64,000 nt of DNA. Origin: Mobula hypostoma. Its lineage: Eukaryota. A program made the position numbers and the translations under genes. The stretch spans positions 4,156,001 through 4,220,000 of the forward strand of contig NC_086109.1 of NCBI RefSeq assembly GCF_963921235.1. The letters are read 5' to 3'. A model generated the notes under the pieces. The model saw nothing but the letters and a program-made list of their open reading frames with translations, was not told the origin of the DNA and made no database searches. Of the stretch, positions 61,015 through 64,000 are shown one piece after another (position 1 is the stretch's first letter; every line of letters begins with the position of its first letter).

Positions 61015-61597
61015 GAATGCTAACATGGCATTTGCCTTCCTCACCACCGACTCAACCTGCAAGTTAACCTTCAGGGTGTTCTGCACAAGGACTCCCAAGT
61101 CCCTCTGCATCTCAGATTCCTGGATTAGGTATCAATTCCTGGATTCAGATTCCATGACAGGAAGAGGCAATAGAAGGATTCTTTTCTGGTTGGCTGCCAG
61201 TGACTAGTGGTGTTCCACAGGGGTCGGTGTTTGGACCACTTCTTTTTAAGCTGTATATAAATGATTCAGATGATGGAATAGATGGCTTTGTTGCCAAGTT
61301 TGCAGATGATACGAAGATTGGTGGTGGGGCAGGTAGTGTTGAGGAAACAGGTAAGATGCAAAGCACTTACACAGATTAGGAGAATGGGCAAGAAAGTGGC
61401 AAATGAAATACAATGTTGGAAAATGCACAGTCGTGCACTTTGGTACTAGAAATAAATGTGCGGACTATTTTCTAAACAGGGAGAAAATCCAGGAATCTGA
61501 GATGTAGAGGGACTTGGGAGTCCTTGTGCAGAACACCCTGAAGGTTAACTTGCAGGTTGAGTCGGTGGTGAGGAAGGCAAATGCCATGTTAGCATTC
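61015..61597. repeat. 112-bp inverted repeat (61015-61126 / 61486-61597)
   Basis: Arms are reverse complements with one visible mismatch. Confidence 0.93.
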
Positions 61598-62509
61598 ATT
61601 TCAAGAGGTCCAGAATACAAGAGCAAGGATGTGATGCTGAGGCTTTATAAGGCACTGGTGAGGCCTCACCTTGAGTATTATGAATAATTTTGGGCCCCTC
61701 ATCCTAGAAAATATGTGTTGTCATTGGAGAGGGTCCAGAGGAGGTTCACAAGGATGATTCCAGGAATGAAAGGGTTATCATATGAAGAACATTTGATGGC
61801 TTTGGGTCTGTACTTGCTGGAATTCAGAAGGATGAGAGAGGATCTCGTTGAAACCTCTCGAATGTTGAAAGGCCTGGACAGAGTAGGTGTGGAAAGGATG
61901 TTTCCCATGATGGGAGAGTCTAGAACAAGAGGGCACAGCCTCAGGATAGAGGGGTACCCTTTCAAAACAGAGATGCGGAGAAATACCTTTAGCCAAAGGG
62001 TGGTGAATTTGTGGAATTTCTTGCCATATGCAGCTGTGGAGGTCAGGTTGTTGGGTGTATTTAAGGCAGAGATTGATAGGTTCTTGATTGGACATGGCAT
62101 CAAAGGTTATGGGCAGAAGGCCAGGAACTGGGGTTGAGGAGGAGATAGAAAAAAAGGATCAGCCACGATTGAATGGCCGAGCAGACTCGATGGGCCAAAT
62201 GGCCTAGTTCTGCTCCTATGTCTTATGGTCTTATGAGCAGAATAAAATAGTCGAAGACAATCACTGGCACAGCTTGTTAGACTGCACGCAGACTCCAACA
62301 GGTGGCAACACAGTCCAGCTCCTCCACTATCGATCAACTCGTTGATGGGGTAGACTTGCAGCACTCGATGCTCCTCATACCCAGCAGGGTCTTACAATCG
62401 TTTAAAAAAAACAAAAAGGATGAGCACTTACAAGCTGTCCAAAACAGTACAAGTGTGACCTCACCAGCTTCTTGTACAGCTTCAACATGCCCATCTACTA
62501 TACTCAGTT

Positions 62510-63040
62510 TCAAAGTTCAAAGTACAAATATGTCACCACAGACAACCCTGAGATTCATTTTCTTGTGGACATACTCAATAAATCCATAATAGAATATTAA
62601 CCACAACAGAATCCATGAAAGACCACTCCAACTTGGGCATTCAACCCAGAGTGCAAAGGACAGAGACTGTGCAAATACAAAAAGAAAGAAATAATAATAA
62701 TAAATAAATAAGTATTAAGAACTTGAGATGAAGGGACCTTGAAAGTGAGTCCATTGGTTATGGGAACAGTTCAGTGACAGGGCAAGTGAAGTTGAGTGAA
62801 GTTCTCCCCTGTGATTCCAGAGCCTGATGGTTGGGGGTTAATAACCGTTCCTGAATCTGATGGTGTGAGTCCTGAGGCTCCTGTATCTTCTTCCTGATGG
62901 CAGCAGCGAGAAGAGAGAATGGCCTCGGTGGTGGGGCGGGACAGGTCCCCGATGCTTTCCTGCGACAGTGTTCTGTGCAGGTGTGTTTAGTGGTGGAAAG
63001 GGCCTTACCTGAGATAGACTGCGCCATATCCACTGCTTTT
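62510..63040 (-). mobile_element. Rex1-type LINE 3' end
   Basis: HSLFSLLPSGRRYRSLRTHTIRFRNGY. Confidence 0.85.
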
Positions 63041-63337
63041 TATTGCTGAATCCCACAAGCTGGACACCAACCCCAGCAGCAGTGGGCACCACACTTTCTC
63101 CAGGGCTCACCACCGGCTCCAGAGCTCAGGTGGTGCCTGGTCCCAAGCCCAGGTTGCAGCTTGACACCACATCTTGGCTTAAAGTCATGGAGTAGCGCAA
63201 CACGGAGACAGCCCCTTCAGTCCTACTGGTCTATGCTGACCAGGGTGCCCTATTGCCTGAGTCTGACAGATCCTTCTGGACCTTTCCTATCCATGCACTT
63301 GCCCAGATGTCCACAACTCATCTAACTTTGGATTCGC

Positions 63338-63592
63338 AAACACAAGGAAATCTGCAGATGCTGGAATTTCAAGCAACGCGCATAAAAGTTGCTGGTGAAC
63401 GCAGCAGGTCAGGCAGCATCTCTAGGAAGAGGTACAGTCGAAGTTTTGGGCCGAGACCCTTTGTTAGGACTAACTGAAGGAAGAGCTAGTAAGAAAATTG
63501 AAAGTGGGAGGGGGAGGGGGAGATCCGAAATGATAGGAGAAGACAGGAGGGGGAGGGATGGAGCCAAGAGATGGACAGGTGATTGGCAAAAG
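63338..63592 (-). mobile_element. Penelope-like element 3' terminal fragment (degenerate hammerhead motif)
   Basis: Same sequence family as 28722-28975. Confidence 0.88.
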
Positions 63593-64000
63593 ACATGGAT
63601 GGGAGGGGTATGGAGGCTATGGTCCCGGTGCAGGTCAATGGGAGTAAGCAGTTTAAGTAAGTTTGGCACGGACTAGATGGGCTGAAAGGCCTGCTTCTGT
63701 GCTGTACTTTTCTATGATTCTATCTCAGATCAGATGTCTGTGCGCTTATCCAAATGCCTTTTAAATGTTGTGAATGTACTTGTCTCAAGCACATCTCCGG
63801 ATTCTCATCACCCTCTGGGTCAAGACATTGCCCCATTACATCCTATTTAGATCTTTCCCCTCTCATCTTAAACCCTGTACCCCACAACACTGTTCAGACA
63901 ACTGCTTAACATTACCAAAGCAAAGGTTACAAACACATTAACTGGGCATTTGCACGAGTTTGTAATCATTATTTTTTTTGAGTTCAGGAGGCATCTGAAC

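Larger units (their letters stand above)
59025..62235 (+). mobile_element. Long decayed CR1 ORF2 with tail
   Basis: ESLWVELRN, VIYRPPN, GDFN, LGGSDHN, DWKIANVTPLFKKG, SCLTNLLEFFEE, SGVPQGSV, AKFADDTK, ERVQRRFTRMIPG. Confidence 0.95.

Overview
Vertebrate genomic DNA, most likely a cartilaginous fish (ray/shark; inferred from the repeat repertoire), and mostly decayed transposable elements. These include CR1 and Rex1/Babar-type LINEs, Penelope-like elements with minimal hammerhead motifs, Nimb/I-clade, HERO, L1 and RTE fragments, tRNA-SINEs, a solo LTR, Chapaev3 and hAT MITEs. Positions 1-~3340 are repeated at +6073 (tandem duplication), and each copy runs into a 21-bp minisatellite (42 units, then ~368 units). 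Host-gene signal is sparse. There is a + strand terminal coding exon (18305-18493, ending ...GDTEL*, CD34-like) with a ~2-kb 3'UTR. There is also a CpG-island promoter at ~40.0-40.25 kb with a probable second exon at 42176-42232. None of the long ORFs in the ORF track looks like a real host protein. The most notable pattern is three independent minisatellites (21, 29, 61 bp) that each arose from ORF2 sequence of the LINE that flanks them. I cannot support a claim of a wholly new protein-coding system from this sequence. TE boundaries are by-eye approximations unless TSDs are given.
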